Numbered from the stretch's first letter, positions 1 through 10,256 are shown. The stretch: 64,000 nucleotides of DNA from a bacterium (GCA_963693055.1 OY843751.1:5568001-5632000); one strand, 5' to 3'. Numbers and translations: made by a program. Notes: generated by a model not told the origin, from the letters alone.

Positions 1-2
1 AA

Positions 3-791
3 TGGCTGTTGATATCAAATGTTATCGTATATTTTATACAATTGATCACATTGCGTATGGGTTCTCCGCTTACAAGCTGGCTTTCATTGCAGCCGTACGA
101 AATAACCCATCATTTTAAATTTTGGCAATTGGCTACTTATCAGTTTTTACATAGCGAAGCCAGCTTTTTTCATATCTTTTTTAACATGTTTACCCTGTGG
201 ATATTTGGCTGCGAAGTTGAACGCTGGCAGGGATCGAAAAATTTTTTACGCTACTATCTATTATCCGGAATTGGTGCGGGCTTGTTTCATATACTGTTTA
301 ACTGGAACTCGCCAACACCGGTTATTGGTGCTTCCGGAGCCATTTATGGTGTTCTGGTAGCATTTGCGGTATATTTCCCGGACCGCATTGTAACATTGCT
401 GCTCTTTTTTATATTACCGGTTAGCCTGAAAGCGAAACATCTTGTTGCATTCTTTGTTGGTATTTCTTTATTTTCAGGCATTGTTGGTATTTTTGGTAAA
501 TCTGACAGCATTGCGCATTTTGCCCATTTGGGAGGTGCGCTTGTTGGTTATTTAATGCTGAGAGGAGACAATCTGATGGGTATTGTGATTCGTAAATACC
601 GCACATATCAGCATCAAAAACAATTTATGGCAGAACAAAAAAGACAGCAAGATATTCGGGAAAAGCGCGATGAAGTAGACCGTATTCTCGACAGGATCAA
701 TGAAGTAGGATATGACAGCCTGAGCGATGAAGAGAAAAAGAACCTAAAAAAAGCCAGCGAGTTTTTATCCAAGGAAGAGAAAATCTGGTAA
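3..791 (+). CDS. Rhomboid-family intramembrane serine protease, 5'-truncated by the window edge
   Basis: GASGA catalytic Ser motif, AHLGG His motif, HIFFNMFTLW and several TM helices. The frame is open to the window start. The C-terminal EVDRILDRINEVGYDSL tail is typical of these rhomboids. Confidence 0.93.
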   Translation, partial: WLLISNVIVYFIQLITLRMGSPLTSWLSLQPYEITHHFKFWQLATYQFLHSEASFFHIFFNMFTLWIFGCEVERWQGSKNFLRYYLLSGIGAGLFHILFNWNSPTPVIGASGAIYGVLVAFAVYFPDRIVTLLLFFILPVSLKAKHLVAFFVGISLFSGIVGIFGKSDSIAHFAHLGGALVGYLMLRGDNLMGIVIRKYRTYQHQKQFMAEQKRQQDIREKRDEVDRILDRINEVGYDSLSDEEKKNLKKASEFLSKEEKIW

Positions 792-807
792 TACAGCAGG
801 ATGGCCA

Positions 808-2304
808 GTGACCATATCGAATAAATCCATTATTATATTATTAATATTTTTATTGACCGCATCTGTCTTTGCAGAACGGGTATCTATCATTAACAAATGG
901 GAAGGCAAACCGGTCGGATCTCTCGAATCTTTCAAGGCCGGTCGTTATAGCTTTGTATCTATTACCCATTTTGCTAAAGCTTTTGATCTGCAAACCCGCA
1001 AAGATCTAAAAGCAAAACGCGTTATCCTGTATTTGCCAGATGCTACAGCAGAAATAACAGCCATTAGCCCTTTTGTTAAAATTGACAAGACCATGTTCCA
1101 AATGCCCATCAGCACCTTGTACAGAAATGGTGAATTTTATGTACCCCTGCAATTTTTTACCCAATTACTAAAAAATTTCTTTCCGGGTGAATTGTCTTTT
1201 AATCAAAAAGACAGTGCTCTTTTAATTGCTCCTTCCTCTGATCACATTACAAGTATTGATATTGAAGAAATGGCAAACGGTACATTGATCAAGATCAAAA
1301 CGCTGCGTCCTTTTGAAGAGAACAAAATCTTTACCAGTGAAAGTAACGGCTGGTTTTATGTTGATTTGTATGGCGGCAGGGTAGATACCTTTCGCACATT
1401 CAGTGTTGATCCTGATCTGAAAAATGTTAAAAAAATCATACCCATACAATTGTCAGAAGAAACCGCCAGACTCTCATTCAGAGTGCTACCCAGAATCAAA
1501 GAAAAAAATGTCTATATTGATCCCAATAACGAGATCACCATTACCCTGCGCACCAAGCAAGACCTCTCTCAGGATCTGTTGGCGGATCTTGAAAAAGAAC
1601 GTGAAAAATGGAAAATTGATACCATTGTGATTGATCCCGGGCACGGCGGAAGAGATCCGGGAGCCGTTGGCAAATCAAATCTGTATGAAAAAAATATAAC
1701 GCTGGCTATTGCCAAAATGGTTAAAGACGAATTGGAAAAGCAACTGGATTCTAAAATATTAATGACGCGTGATAACGATACTTATCCGCGTTTAAAAGAC
1801 CGTACAGAATTTGCTAACAAAAATAGTGGGAAACTGTTCCTGAGTATCCATGTGGATTCTAATCCAAGTTCTCGTATTCACGGACATACCATCTATTTCC
1901 TGGGTATAGCAAAAACCGATGAAGCACGTCGTGCTGCACAATTTGAAAACTCGGTAATCAAGCTTGAAGACAATCCAAACGATTATGTGGACCTGACTTC
2001 TGCATCATTTATTCTGGCGGCAAACGCTCAGAATTCTTATGCAAAAGAGAGCGAAGAATTTGCAGTCATGATTGACAACGAAATCAGAAAACAATGTGAT
2101 TCATATAGCCATGGCGTAAGGCAAGCAGGATTTCAGGTACTCTATAACGCATCAATGCCCAGTATTCTCATCGAGACGGCATACATCACAAACCGCTATG
2201 ATTTAGAAAAACTCAAAACTCAATCTTATCGACAAAAACTTGCCAAATCAATTAGTGATGGTGTAGTAAAATTCGCACAAAAGTATGAAGAGTCTATGAA
2301 CTAA
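808..2304 (+). CDS. N-acetylmuramoyl-L-alanine amidase (Amidase_3, AmiA/B/C type) with signal peptide
   Basis: IDPGHGGRDPGA, EKNITL, MTRDND, SIHVDS and ILIETAY motifs; N-terminal signal peptide. Confidence 0.93.
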   Translation: MTISNKSIIILLIFLLTASVFAERVSIINKWEGKPVGSLESFKAGRYSFVSITHFAKAFDLQTRKDLKAKRVILYLPDATAEITAISPFVKIDKTMFQMPISTLYRNGEFYVPLQFFTQLLKNFFPGELSFNQKDSALLIAPSSDHITSIDIEEMANGTLIKIKTLRPFEENKIFTSESNGWFYVDLYGGRVDTFRTFSVDPDLKNVKKIIPIQLSEETARLSFRVLPRIKEKNVYIDPNNEITITLRTKQDLSQDLLADLEKEREKWKIDTIVIDPGHGGRDPGAVGKSNLYEKNITLAIAKMVKDELEKQLDSKILMTRDNDTYPRLKDRTEFANKNSGKLFLSIHVDSNPSSRIHGHTIYFLGIAKTDEARRAAQFENSVIKLEDNPNDYVDLTSASFILAANAQNSYAKESEEFAVMIDNEIRKQCDSYSHGVRQAGFQVLYNASMPSILIETAYITNRYDLEKLKTQSYRQKLAKSISDGVVKFAQKYEESMN

Positions 2305-3218
2305 AATTGCAGTTCGTACTTTTCCCCTTGCTTCATCCCCTGTTTCTGCATCTCATAATGAATAGTATTTATTACATTTGTTTTGTTTATAACCCATCTA
2401 GGTGCCAGAATGATCTCTCTTGGTGCTTCTGCAGTCAGACGTTGAATAACCATATCCGGCGGCAGATGTTGCAGCATCTCACTGACATGAAGCGCATAGG
2501 TATCAATATCCAAAGGCAAAATCTTGCCTTCCAGGTACAAAGATTCCAGTTCCGTGTCTTTTAATATTAACAGCGGATGTATTTTTATATCGTGAGTACC
2601 GGTTTGTGCAATTCGCTCTGCTGTAATAATGCTGTGCTCCAGTTCTTCTTCCGGCAAACCGACCATAATATGTGTACATATTCTAACATTGAGAGGCTTT
2701 AATTTATCAACAGCTTTTAAATAATCTTCAAAGGTATGCCCCCGATTGATTGCTTTTAACGTCTTGTTAAAGCTGCTTTGCAAACCCAGTTCAATCCACA
2801 CATCCACTTTTTCAGCCAATTTTTCAAACAGATCCAAAACACCTTTCGATAAACAATCCGGCCGGGTTGCAATAGATATTCCAACTATACCGAAAAAAGA
2901 GATTGCCTCAAAAAATAATTTTTCCAGTTCAGATACCGGTGCAAAAGTATTGGTTGAAGATTGAAAATATACAATATACTTGTGAATGCCTACCTTGTCA
3001 CCCAACTCAATCCCCTGCCGAATCTGCTCATTTACACAGACCTGCTGTTCAGACAGCATTTGAGAAAAGCTATCATTCCTGCAAAAAATGCATCCTCCGC
3101 TACCGGTTTCAGGGTCCTTGTTCGGACAGGTAAAGCCAGCATCCAAAGAAAGTTTCCACACTTTTTCGCCGTAACGGTCACGCAAGTATTTTGAAAATTT
3201 ATTATAACGATAGTTCAT
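2301..3218 (-). CDS. TIGR01212/YhcC-family radical SAM protein
   Basis: DAGFTCPNKD...GGCIFC (CX11CX2C), IATRPDCL, IELGLQS, INRGHT. Start taken at ATG 3218. Confidence 0.9.
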   Translation of the reverse strand: MNYRYNKFSKYLRDRYGEKVWKLSLDAGFTCPNKDPETGSGGCIFCRNDSFSQMLSEQQVCVNEQIRQGIELGDKVGIHKYIVYFQSSTNTFAPVSELEKLFFEAISFFGIVGISIATRPDCLSKGVLDLFEKLAEKVDVWIELGLQSSFNKTLKAINRGHTFEDYLKAVDKLKPLNVRICTHIMVGLPEEELEHSIITAERIAQTGTHDIKIHPLLILKDTELESLYLEGKILPLDIDTYALHVSEMLQHLPPDMVIQRLTAEAPREIILAPRWVINKTNVINTIHYEMQKQGMKQGEKYELQF

Positions 3219-3225
3219 ATACACA

Positions 3226-3256
3226 AAAAGCGGGACCAGAAACCAGTCCCGCTTTT
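3226..3256. terminator. Intrinsic terminator-like hairpin after the trxB / liaF-like genes
   Basis: AAAAGCGGGAC-N9-GTCCCGCTTTT, an 11-bp perfect stem including A/T tails. Confidence 0.7.
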
Positions 3257-3270
3257 ATTACACCCTTTAT

Positions 3271-3864
3271 TTACCAGATCCGAATTTCACCAAAAGTAAC
3301 TGAACATATAATATCGAGCCGGCTGCTGGCTGTTTCATATGAATCAGATTTATAAACCAGTCTTTCGCTCAAACCTTCACGGTGCTGGTCATAGATTTGA
3401 ATGGTACCGCCAAGGTTTGTTGCAATAATTTTTACTGGCAGATCATTAGCCAACTGCACTCTGACCTCTCCAAAAGTAGAAGCAATCTCTAACTTTTGGG
3501 TACCTGCGCTCAATTTAATAGAGGGCACCTCTAAATCAATTTCACCAAAAACCGTTTTAACCAGACCACCTTCAAAGGGATTGCTATCTAACCTGGTTCT
3601 TATATTGCCAAAGGTTTTGTCTAATCTGACCTGGTTCTCACTTGATATCGTTTCTTCTTCCTGAATATAAGCATTCCCTTTATCCTGTTTGCGGTTACTG
3701 GTATAAATGATGTATATACCAATAAAAATCAGGAAAAGTGGCCAGTAATCAGAAACAAACTCGTAAAAGCTTAGAACATCCAGGTTGTTTAATAGAAATA
3801 AAACACCAAGCCCAATCAGCACCACTCCACCCAGGGGGAATTTTGTTTTAGACTGGCTTTCCAT
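3271..3864 (-). CDS. LiaF-like membrane protein (LiaI/LiaF-type TM region plus DUF2154-like beta domain)
   Basis: GVVLIGLGVLFLLNNL...YWPLFLIFIG TM pair, followed by repeated xFGE/xFGN beta units. Confidence 0.8.
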   Translation of the reverse strand: MESQSKTKFPLGGVVLIGLGVLFLLNNLDVLSFYEFVSDYWPLFLIFIGIYIIYTSNRKQDKGNAYIQEEETISSENQVRLDKTFGNIRTRLDSNPFEGGLVKTVFGEIDLEVPSIKLSAGTQKLEIASTFGEVRVQLANDLPVKIIATNLGGTIQIYDQHREGLSERLVYKSDSYETASSRLDIICSVTFGEIRIW

Positions 3865-3876
3865 TATTTACCTCGT

Positions 3877-4797
3877 TTATTCACCTTCGTGTTCAGCAAC
3901 ATATTTTTCTGCTTCCATAGCAGACTGACAGCCGGTTCCCGCAGACGTAATAGCCTGACGATAAACCGGGTCCTGAACATCACCACAGGCAAAAACACCG
4001 TTTACGTTGGTTTTTGTATATCTATCAGTTAAAACATAATTGCTATCATCCAGCTCAATTTGATCTTTGAATAGATCCGTATTGGGATAATGACCAATAA
4101 AAACAAATACACCATCCACATCAAAGTCTGTAACATCACCGGTTTTTACATTTTTCAATTTCAGGGATTTAACTGCGTCATCGCCAACAACTTCTTCTAC
4201 AACAGAATCCCATACAAATTCCACCTTATCATTCTTTTTAGCGCGTTCCTGCAAAATGGCATCTGCACGCAATTTATCACGACGATGAATGATAGATACT
4301 TTACTTGCGTAACGGGTCAAAAACAAGCCTTCATCAAGCGCACTGTTTCCACCGCCTATAACCGCAACATGTTTGCCGCTAAAGAAAAATCCATCACAAG
4401 TTGCACAATAAGATACACCCTTGCCAATCAATTCTTTTTCACCCGGCACGTCCAGTTTTTTGGGTGTGGAACCGGTTGCAATGACAACAGTTTTAGCCTG
4501 ATATTCCTTGTCAGCGGTTTTTACAATTTTCACATCACCGCTCAAGTCCACCTCTGTTACTACATCATATACCAGTTCGGCACCAAACCGGGTTGCCTGC
4601 TTTTCCAACAACTGGTACATTTCAAAACCGCTTACTCCTTCGGGAAACCCGGGAAAGTTTTCCAGATCATCAGTCAAAGTGATTTGTCCACCACGTTCCA
4701 TACCGGCCAGTACAACGGGTTTCAGGTTGGCGCGTGCTGCATATATAGCTGAAGTTAATCCGGCAGGGCCGGAGCCAATAATAATTACATTTTCCAT
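3877..4797 (-). CDS. trxB: Thioredoxin-disulfide reductase
   Basis: IIGSGPAG, ENFPGF, GVSYCATCDG, GGGNSA, HRRD, GDVQD, RQAITSAGTG. Confidence 0.97.
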   Translation of the reverse strand: MENVIIIGSGPAGLTSAIYAARANLKPVVLAGMERGGQITLTDDLENFPGFPEGVSGFEMYQLLEKQATRFGAELVYDVVTEVDLSGDVKIVKTADKEYQAKTVVIATGSTPKKLDVPGEKELIGKGVSYCATCDGFFFSGKHVAVIGGGNSALDEGLFLTRYASKVSIIHRRDKLRADAILQERAKKNDKVEFVWDSVVEEVVGDDAVKSLKLKNVKTGDVTDFDVDGVFVFIGHYPNTDLFKDQIELDDSNYVLTDRYTKTNVNGVFACGDVQDPVYRQAITSAGTGCQSAMEAEKYVAEHEGE

Positions 4798-4996
4798 GGT
4801 TTGGTATCCTCCAATCTTCCATTTGAATTCATTTTCGTTCTTTTAATAAGATGAAAAAAAGTCAAATAGTATTCAAAATAATAAATAATTTAATAATATA
4901 ATTTTCTAAATTCAAGTATACCTTTTTCCAATTTTAATTCATACGCTTGCATTTTGATAAATAATATATTACCTTTGAATAAAGGTATCACTATTA

Positions 4997-6403
4997 TTGA
5001 ACAAGACTATGCATTTACCAATAGATATACAAGAATATAAAAAAAATATTCGTTTGTGGTTCGGGGGCATGTTTGTTCCCGGACGGGAGATCCATATTTC
5101 ACGTGCACCCGCCAGCCAGGATGTTATGGGTGGAACATTTGATTATGCCGGTTCAGTTGCTGTTGGCGGTACGCTTGAACAGGCTGTTATTGCAGGTGTC
5201 CAAAAGCGCCTTGATTTACGGATATTGCTTAAATACAACGACTTTGAATCCAAAGCGGGCCAGCATATTGTAGAATACCAATTGGATAAATTCTATTCCA
5301 ACGGGCAGTTAAAACCTATAGATATTATTTCAAAAGAGATCCAATCTGAGATCAAGCTCCCCTGGGCAAGCCAGGTTCTCGAGATGCTGCCTGCCATGCT
5401 TGCAAACAATACACCGCAAAAATTTCAAAACGGGATCACCATTTGCATTAAAAGCAACATCCCGCAAAATGGTGGAATTGGTTCAAATGGTGCAATGAAA
5501 ACTGCCGTTTTGCAGGCAATTAAAAGTGCTTTTAATCTGTCATTAGACGCGTTTCAAATTGCTAATCTTGCCAAGGTCAATAAGATATATACCGGCAGTA
5601 TAATGGAAACCGCAAGCCCGGTTATGGGCAAAAAAGACAAACTACTTGCAATGCGCTGTCAGCCGCTGGAACTGCTTAAAATGATCACCCTGCCGCATTC
5701 AGTACAGTTTTTATCTATTGATACAAAATACAGACAGGAGGCCTGTGATCTTTTGCTGTTAAACTCCCGAATTTCAGCATTTATGGGACAAAAGATCATC
5801 TTTTCGCATCTCGAAAAACAGCAAAAACCCAATCCCTACAAGGGTTATTTGTGCAATATTACTCCGTCTGAATGGGAAGAAACATTTATGCAAATTGCTC
5901 CTGAACAGATCAGCGGCAAAGACTTTATAGAAACCTATGACACCCATCAAGACGTGGCTGCGCTAATCGATCCGGATACACTCTATCCGGTCAGAGATCA
6001 CACGGCTTTTCCAATCTATGAAAATGAACGGGTATTGCAATTCATTAAAGCATTTGATTCCATGAACTCGGGACACAATAAACAGGCGTTAATGGATGCA
6101 GGAGATCTGTTATTCAAGTCTCATGATAGTTTTCGCAATTTGTATGACCTGGGTTCTGAAAAAACAGATTATGTCATTTCTTTAATAAAAGAAATGGGAC
6201 CCGCAAACGGCTTTTACGGTGCAAGGCTTACGAGCGAGAGCTGTGGCGGTACTGTTCTGATCCTTACTGAAAACCAGAATGTAGACGAAACCATTGAAAA
6301 TCTGGCAGCAAAATTTTTAGACAAGTTCCAGGTCAAACCAATTCTTTACAAAAACTCGTCACAGGGAGCACTGGAATTCGGTTCTCTGACTGTTAAATTT
6401 TAA
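4997..6403 (+). CDS. GHMP (galactokinase/arabinokinase-like) family protein with degenerate catalytic motifs
   Basis: RAPASQDVMGGTFDYAGS, SNIPQNGGIGSNGA, ENERV, SHDS, FYGARLTSESCGGTV are colinear with GHMP kinase motifs but carry substitutions. Confidence 0.75.
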   Translation: MNKTMHLPIDIQEYKKNIRLWFGGMFVPGREIHISRAPASQDVMGGTFDYAGSVAVGGTLEQAVIAGVQKRLDLRILLKYNDFESKAGQHIVEYQLDKFYSNGQLKPIDIISKEIQSEIKLPWASQVLEMLPAMLANNTPQKFQNGITICIKSNIPQNGGIGSNGAMKTAVLQAIKSAFNLSLDAFQIANLAKVNKIYTGSIMETASPVMGKKDKLLAMRCQPLELLKMITLPHSVQFLSIDTKYRQEACDLLLLNSRISAFMGQKIIFSHLEKQQKPNPYKGYLCNITPSEWEETFMQIAPEQISGKDFIETYDTHQDVAALIDPDTLYPVRDHTAFPIYENERVLQFIKAFDSMNSGHNKQALMDAGDLLFKSHDSFRNLYDLGSEKTDYVISLIKEMGPANGFYGARLTSESCGGTVLILTENQNVDETIENLAAKFLDKFQVKPILYKNSSQGALEFGSLTVKF

Positions 6404-6427
6404 CACTACCAATCCGGGAAACATTAT

Positions 6428-7063
6428 ATGCTGAATTTACTCGTTATCATTGTCTTTGCTTACCTGGTAGGCTCAATCCCCACAAGTATCATCACCGGCA
6501 AATGGTTAAAAGGAATAGACATTCGAGAACACGGCAGCGGCAATGCCGGAGCAACAAATGTATTTCGGGTACTGGGCTGGAAACCTGGTGTTTTTGTTAT
6601 GCTTGTTGACATTTTTAAAGGCTTTGCAGCTACATTCTGGCTTTCCCGCATTGCTTTTGCGCCCATACCAGTCAGTCATGACCTGGTGCTGATCATAACC
6701 GGTTGTGCCGCTATATTCGGACATATATGGACGATCTTTGCAAAATTCCGCGGTGGTAAAGGTGTTGGTACTGCAGCAGGTATGCTGATTGCTTTATATC
6801 CGGTTGCGTTATTGATCTGCCTGGCTGTTTTTGCATTGGTCTTTATTTCTTCAAAAATTGTTTCACTCAGTTCAATATCAGCGGCTGTAGCATTGCCTGT
6901 GGTTTTATCCATCTTCAAATTTGTTCTGCATCAACCCATTACAGCCCCCTTGTATGGATTTGGATTTTTTGCCTCTGCATTGATCATCTTTACACACCGT
7001 TCAAATATTAAACGTCTATTGAATGGTACTGAAAATCGATTTGGCCGCAAAAAGAATCAATGA
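6428..7063 (+). CDS. plsY: Glycerol-3-phosphate acyltransferase PlsY
   Basis: YLVGSIP, DIREHGSGNAGATNVFR, FRGGKGVGT, HRSNIKRL. Confidence 0.97.
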   Translation: MLNLLVIIVFAYLVGSIPTSIITGKWLKGIDIREHGSGNAGATNVFRVLGWKPGVFVMLVDIFKGFAATFWLSRIAFAPIPVSHDLVLIITGCAAIFGHIWTIFAKFRGGKGVGTAAGMLIALYPVALLICLAVFALVFISSKIVSLSSISAAVALPVVLSIFKFVLHQPITAPLYGFGFFASALIIFTHRSNIKRLLNGTENRFGRKKNQ

Positions 7064-7079
7064 CAATGCCGCGCAATCC

Positions 7080-8015
7080 ATGAATGATACACTTGAAATA
7101 CAATTTCTGGGTACGGGAGCCGCAGTTCCGTCAGCACGACGGGGACTCCCATCAATAGCTATCCACCATGACGGCGGAACCATCCTTTGCGATATGGGTG
7201 AAGGCACACAAATGACGCTTGCCAGGGTGGGATTATCACCTTCAAAAATTCACACTATATTTTTATCACATCTGCATGGCGATCATCTTTTCGGGCTGCC
7301 GGGATTTTTAACCTCTCAACAAATGATGGACCGGTCGAATCCAATCACCATCATTGGCCCCAAAGGAATACAAGAGTATTTCAATTGCGTTAGTAAAATT
7401 TCCGGATTCGAGATCACGTATCCGCTATCATTTATTGAATTACAGCAAGAAAACCAACCCGCTCTCAAAGTAGGGCCATTAACAGTCTCAGCTCTCCCCC
7501 TTGAGCATCGGACCCTGTGCTACGGCTATCGTTTTGAAGAAGCCCCCAAACCCGGTCGTTTCGATGCAAAAAAGGCAGAGCAACTGGGCATTGGTCCCGG
7601 TCCCATGCGCGCGGAATTGCAGCAGGGAAATCCCGTTACTGTCAATGGTACAACCATACATCCTGACGAATTAATGGGTCCCGCACGCCCCGGACGAATA
7701 ATTGCCTACTGTACCGACACCCGACCCTGCAGCAATACAACGATTCTGGCAGAAAATTCAGATGTGCTCATCCATGACAGCACCTTTTCCAGCGAACTCA
7801 CAGAACGCGCCCACAAGACGTTTCACAGCACATCGGTACAAGCGGCTGAAATTGCACGGGAAGCAAATGCAAAATCCTTGTTTCTATGGCACTTGAGTAT
7901 TCGCAACAGCGTCGAAACAGAAGAAATGATGCTGGAAGAAGCGAAACAAATTTTCCCCAACACCTTTTTGTCTCAAGACTCGCTCATCCACACTGTACCC
8001 AGGTCCGAACCCTAA
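7080..8015 (+). CDS. rnz: Ribonuclease Z
   Basis: FLGTGAAVPS, DMGEGTQ, SHLHGDHLFGLPG, exosite G.GPGP, TDTRP, HDSTF, HST. Start taken at ATG 7080. Confidence 0.94.
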   Translation: MNDTLEIQFLGTGAAVPSARRGLPSIAIHHDGGTILCDMGEGTQMTLARVGLSPSKIHTIFLSHLHGDHLFGLPGFLTSQQMMDRSNPITIIGPKGIQEYFNCVSKISGFEITYPLSFIELQQENQPALKVGPLTVSALPLEHRTLCYGYRFEEAPKPGRFDAKKAEQLGIGPGPMRAELQQGNPVTVNGTTIHPDELMGPARPGRIIAYCTDTRPCSNTTILAENSDVLIHDSTFSSELTERAHKTFHSTSVQAAEIAREANAKSLFLWHLSIRNSVETEEMMLEEAKQIFPNTFLSQDSLIHTVPRSEP

Positions 8016-8019
8016 TCTA

Positions 8020-8919
8020 ATGCATGACAATCATAAAAAAATCGCCGGGCTGGTTATCTCTGTTGGCATACTGGCACTCTCTTCCGCATCTATATTTATA
8101 CGATTGTGTGATGCTGCTCCACTGGTAATTGCCGTATATCGTGTTGGGCTGGCCTCTATATTCTATACAGGACTTGCAGGCGTAACCCGCAAGTCTTTGC
8201 TCAAACAAGTTTCAATTCACGATATCAAATGGGCCGTATTATCTGGTGCGTTTCTGGCTTTTCATTTTGCAACGTGGATCACCTCGCTCAGTTATACAAC
8301 CGTAGCCAGTTCTGTGGTGCTGGTACAAACGTCTCCCGTTTTTGTAGCCATTGGCAGTGCAATCTTTTTAAAAGAAAGACTCCACTGGAAAGGCGCTATA
8401 GGGATTGTTATTGCAATTACAGGTGGGATGATCATTGCCGGGTACGATGCAAAATTTCAAAACACCGCCGTTTTTGGAAATACGCTGGCTGTATTGGGTG
8501 CGTTGGGAGCTTCGGGGTATTTCCTGATGGGGCGTAAATTGAGACGCTCCATGAACACGTTTCAATACGTTGTGTGGGTGTATGGAGCCGCTGCCGTAAT
8601 CCTCTTGATTTACATACTCTTCACCCAACCCCAAATACTGATTGATTACAACAGAGAAGCTTTACTGGTATTAATTGCCATCGCTTTTATACCCCAGGTC
8701 ATTGGACACACCAGTTTGAATTGGGCGCTGAAATATTTTTCAGCCGCCACCGTTGCCATCCTTACCTTGGGTGAAGCGGTGGGGTCTTCATTATTAGCCT
8801 GGCTGCTGCTGAATGAACCGTTACCAGTATATAAAATGATTGGTGGGATTATTTTATTATGCGGTGTTGTTGTAGTATTACTGAATGAAAAATATACAGA
8901 ACAATCAATCCCGGATTAA
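8020..8919 (+). CDS. EamA/DMT-family transporter
   Basis: About ten TM helices in two repeats; LAFHFATWITSL, PQVIGHT. Confidence 0.92.
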   Translation: MHDNHKKIAGLVISVGILALSSASIFIRLCDAAPLVIAVYRVGLASIFYTGLAGVTRKSLLKQVSIHDIKWAVLSGAFLAFHFATWITSLSYTTVASSVVLVQTSPVFVAIGSAIFLKERLHWKGAIGIVIAITGGMIIAGYDAKFQNTAVFGNTLAVLGALGASGYFLMGRKLRRSMNTFQYVVWVYGAAAVILLIYILFTQPQILIDYNREALLVLIAIAFIPQVIGHTSLNWALKYFSAATVAILTLGEAVGSSLLAWLLLNEPLPVYKMIGGIILLCGVVVVLLNEKYTEQSIPD

Positions 8920-9051
8920 CTCAATATTTATCTTACCGCTGCCTGAATTGTCGTTTTTATTTATATATCGAAAATATTATACACTGCTGGTCCCGTAACA
9001 GATTGACCGGATTAAGAATTTAACACTACATTTTTATACAGGAGCGCTTGT

Positions 9052-9546
9052 ATGACAACATCAACAACTACGACTGATGCCGCATACAAGAAACTGCTTG
9101 CAGGCATTAACGGCTTTTCCGGTTATGAGCAACCCGGGTTACGGGAAAAAACAGACATTTCATTTCGGCATTTTTTGATCAATGAAATTGGAGCACTGAT
9201 CAAGTATGTCAAAATCGATTTTTCAGTGCAAGGCAGTACACTGCGCAACAAGGCCCAAAAGTTAAAAAAAGGTATTTTGGTATTGAGCGAAAGCCTGAAA
9301 CACCCCACATACCACGGGGCCTTTTTTTTCAACAAAGATGGATTGCGAAACAATCTGCTGGACCAGATTTACGAATGTGAAATGATCATGTACGACGAAA
9401 TTGAAACCTTGAAACAAGAGCTGGAACTGCTGGCTGTGGCTCCTACGGTCAATGATCTTGAAAATCTATTAATACACATACAGGACTTTATAGACAATTT
9501 TAATCAACACGTGTTTGAACGCGAATCCCTCATACTGGAAGCTTAG
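9052..9546 (+). CDS. Hypothetical helical protein
   Basis: 164-aa ORF with AGGAG RBS; the GFSGYEQ...R..D...R pattern suggests a conserved hypothetical family. Confidence 0.75.
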   Translation: MTTSTTTTDAAYKKLLAGINGFSGYEQPGLREKTDISFRHFLINEIGALIKYVKIDFSVQGSTLRNKAQKLKKGILVLSESLKHPTYHGAFFFNKDGLRNNLLDQIYECEMIMYDEIETLKQELELLAVAPTVNDLENLLIHIQDFIDNFNQHVFERESLILEA

Positions 9547-9555
9547 GAGAAAAAC

Positions 9556-9969
9556 ATGAAATTCAATACCCGTTATTTATGGTTCAATACTCAAAAACAT
9601 CGTGAATTCATCAATATTACCCATGAGGTTGAAAAATCGCTAAGAGAGAGCGGTATTAAAGAAGGAATGGTGCTCATCTCTGCCATGCATATTACCGCCG
9701 CGGTATATGTGAATGACGCGGAATCCGGATTGATTCAGGATATTGAAGACTGGCTGCAGCACCTTGCCCCGGATGGTGTTGACTATCGTCACCATCGTAC
9801 CGGTGAAGTGAACGGAGACGCCCACCTGAAAAGCCTGCTCATGCATCACCAGGTCATTCTCCCGGTTACAGAAGGTAAACTGGACCTTGGCCCCTGGCAG
9901 CAGGTCTATTACGCGGAATTTGACGGACAGCGCCGTAAACGGGTCATTATTAAAGTGATGGGAGAATAG
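9556..9969 (+). CDS. yjbQ: YjbQ/UPF0047 family protein (secondary thiamine-phosphate synthase)
   Basis: [42 protein letters not shown]. Confidence 0.93.
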   Translation: MKFNTRYLWFNTQKHREFINITHEVEKSLRESGIKEGMVLISAMHITAAVYVNDAESGLIQDIEDWLQHLAPDGVDYRHHRTGEVNGDAHLKSLLMHHQVILPVTEGKLDLGPWQQVYYAEFDGQRRKRVIIKVMGE

Positions 9970-10037
9970 TTACGGGAGCGAAATGAACCTATCCGATCTG
10001 AAACACAAATCATTCTTTTAAAATATATACATTTTAT

Positions 10038-10079
10038 TGCCTGGTATCCGCCATTTGGTGGATTCCGGGCAGTTTTTTT
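10038..10079 (+). terminator. Intrinsic terminator after yjbQ
   Basis: TGCCTGGTATCCGCCA-TT-TGGTGGATTCCGGGCA stem (two G:U pairs, one mismatch) followed by G and T7. Confidence 0.7.
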
Positions 10080-10130
10080 GTAGATCCCATTTTAATGGGA
10101 TTGTCCACCGCCAGGTGGACAGGATTAATT

Positions 10131-10256
10131 GATCGCCCGGCATATTTGTGCCGGGCGGAATATTTATCAGGACATTTGTCCTGGTTGTAAACAAAAATAT
10201 TACGGGACGAATGTCCCTAAAAAATATTCCACGATGCAGAAATCTGCATCGCGATC
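10131..10256. repeat. Inverted doublet of GATCGC-tagged two-hairpin units (REP-doublet-like)
   Basis: The left half and the reverse complement of the right half align as GATCGC-n3-GCA-n-ATTT-n-TGC-n3-G-Y-GGAATATTT...GGACATTYGTCC. Confidence 0.75.

Noticed and set aside
4090-4752. Long antisense ORFs (also 34729-35247, 42489-42965, 47774-48307, 50768-51316)
   Set aside because: They are shadows of well-supported genes on the opposite strand, with no motifs or RBS.
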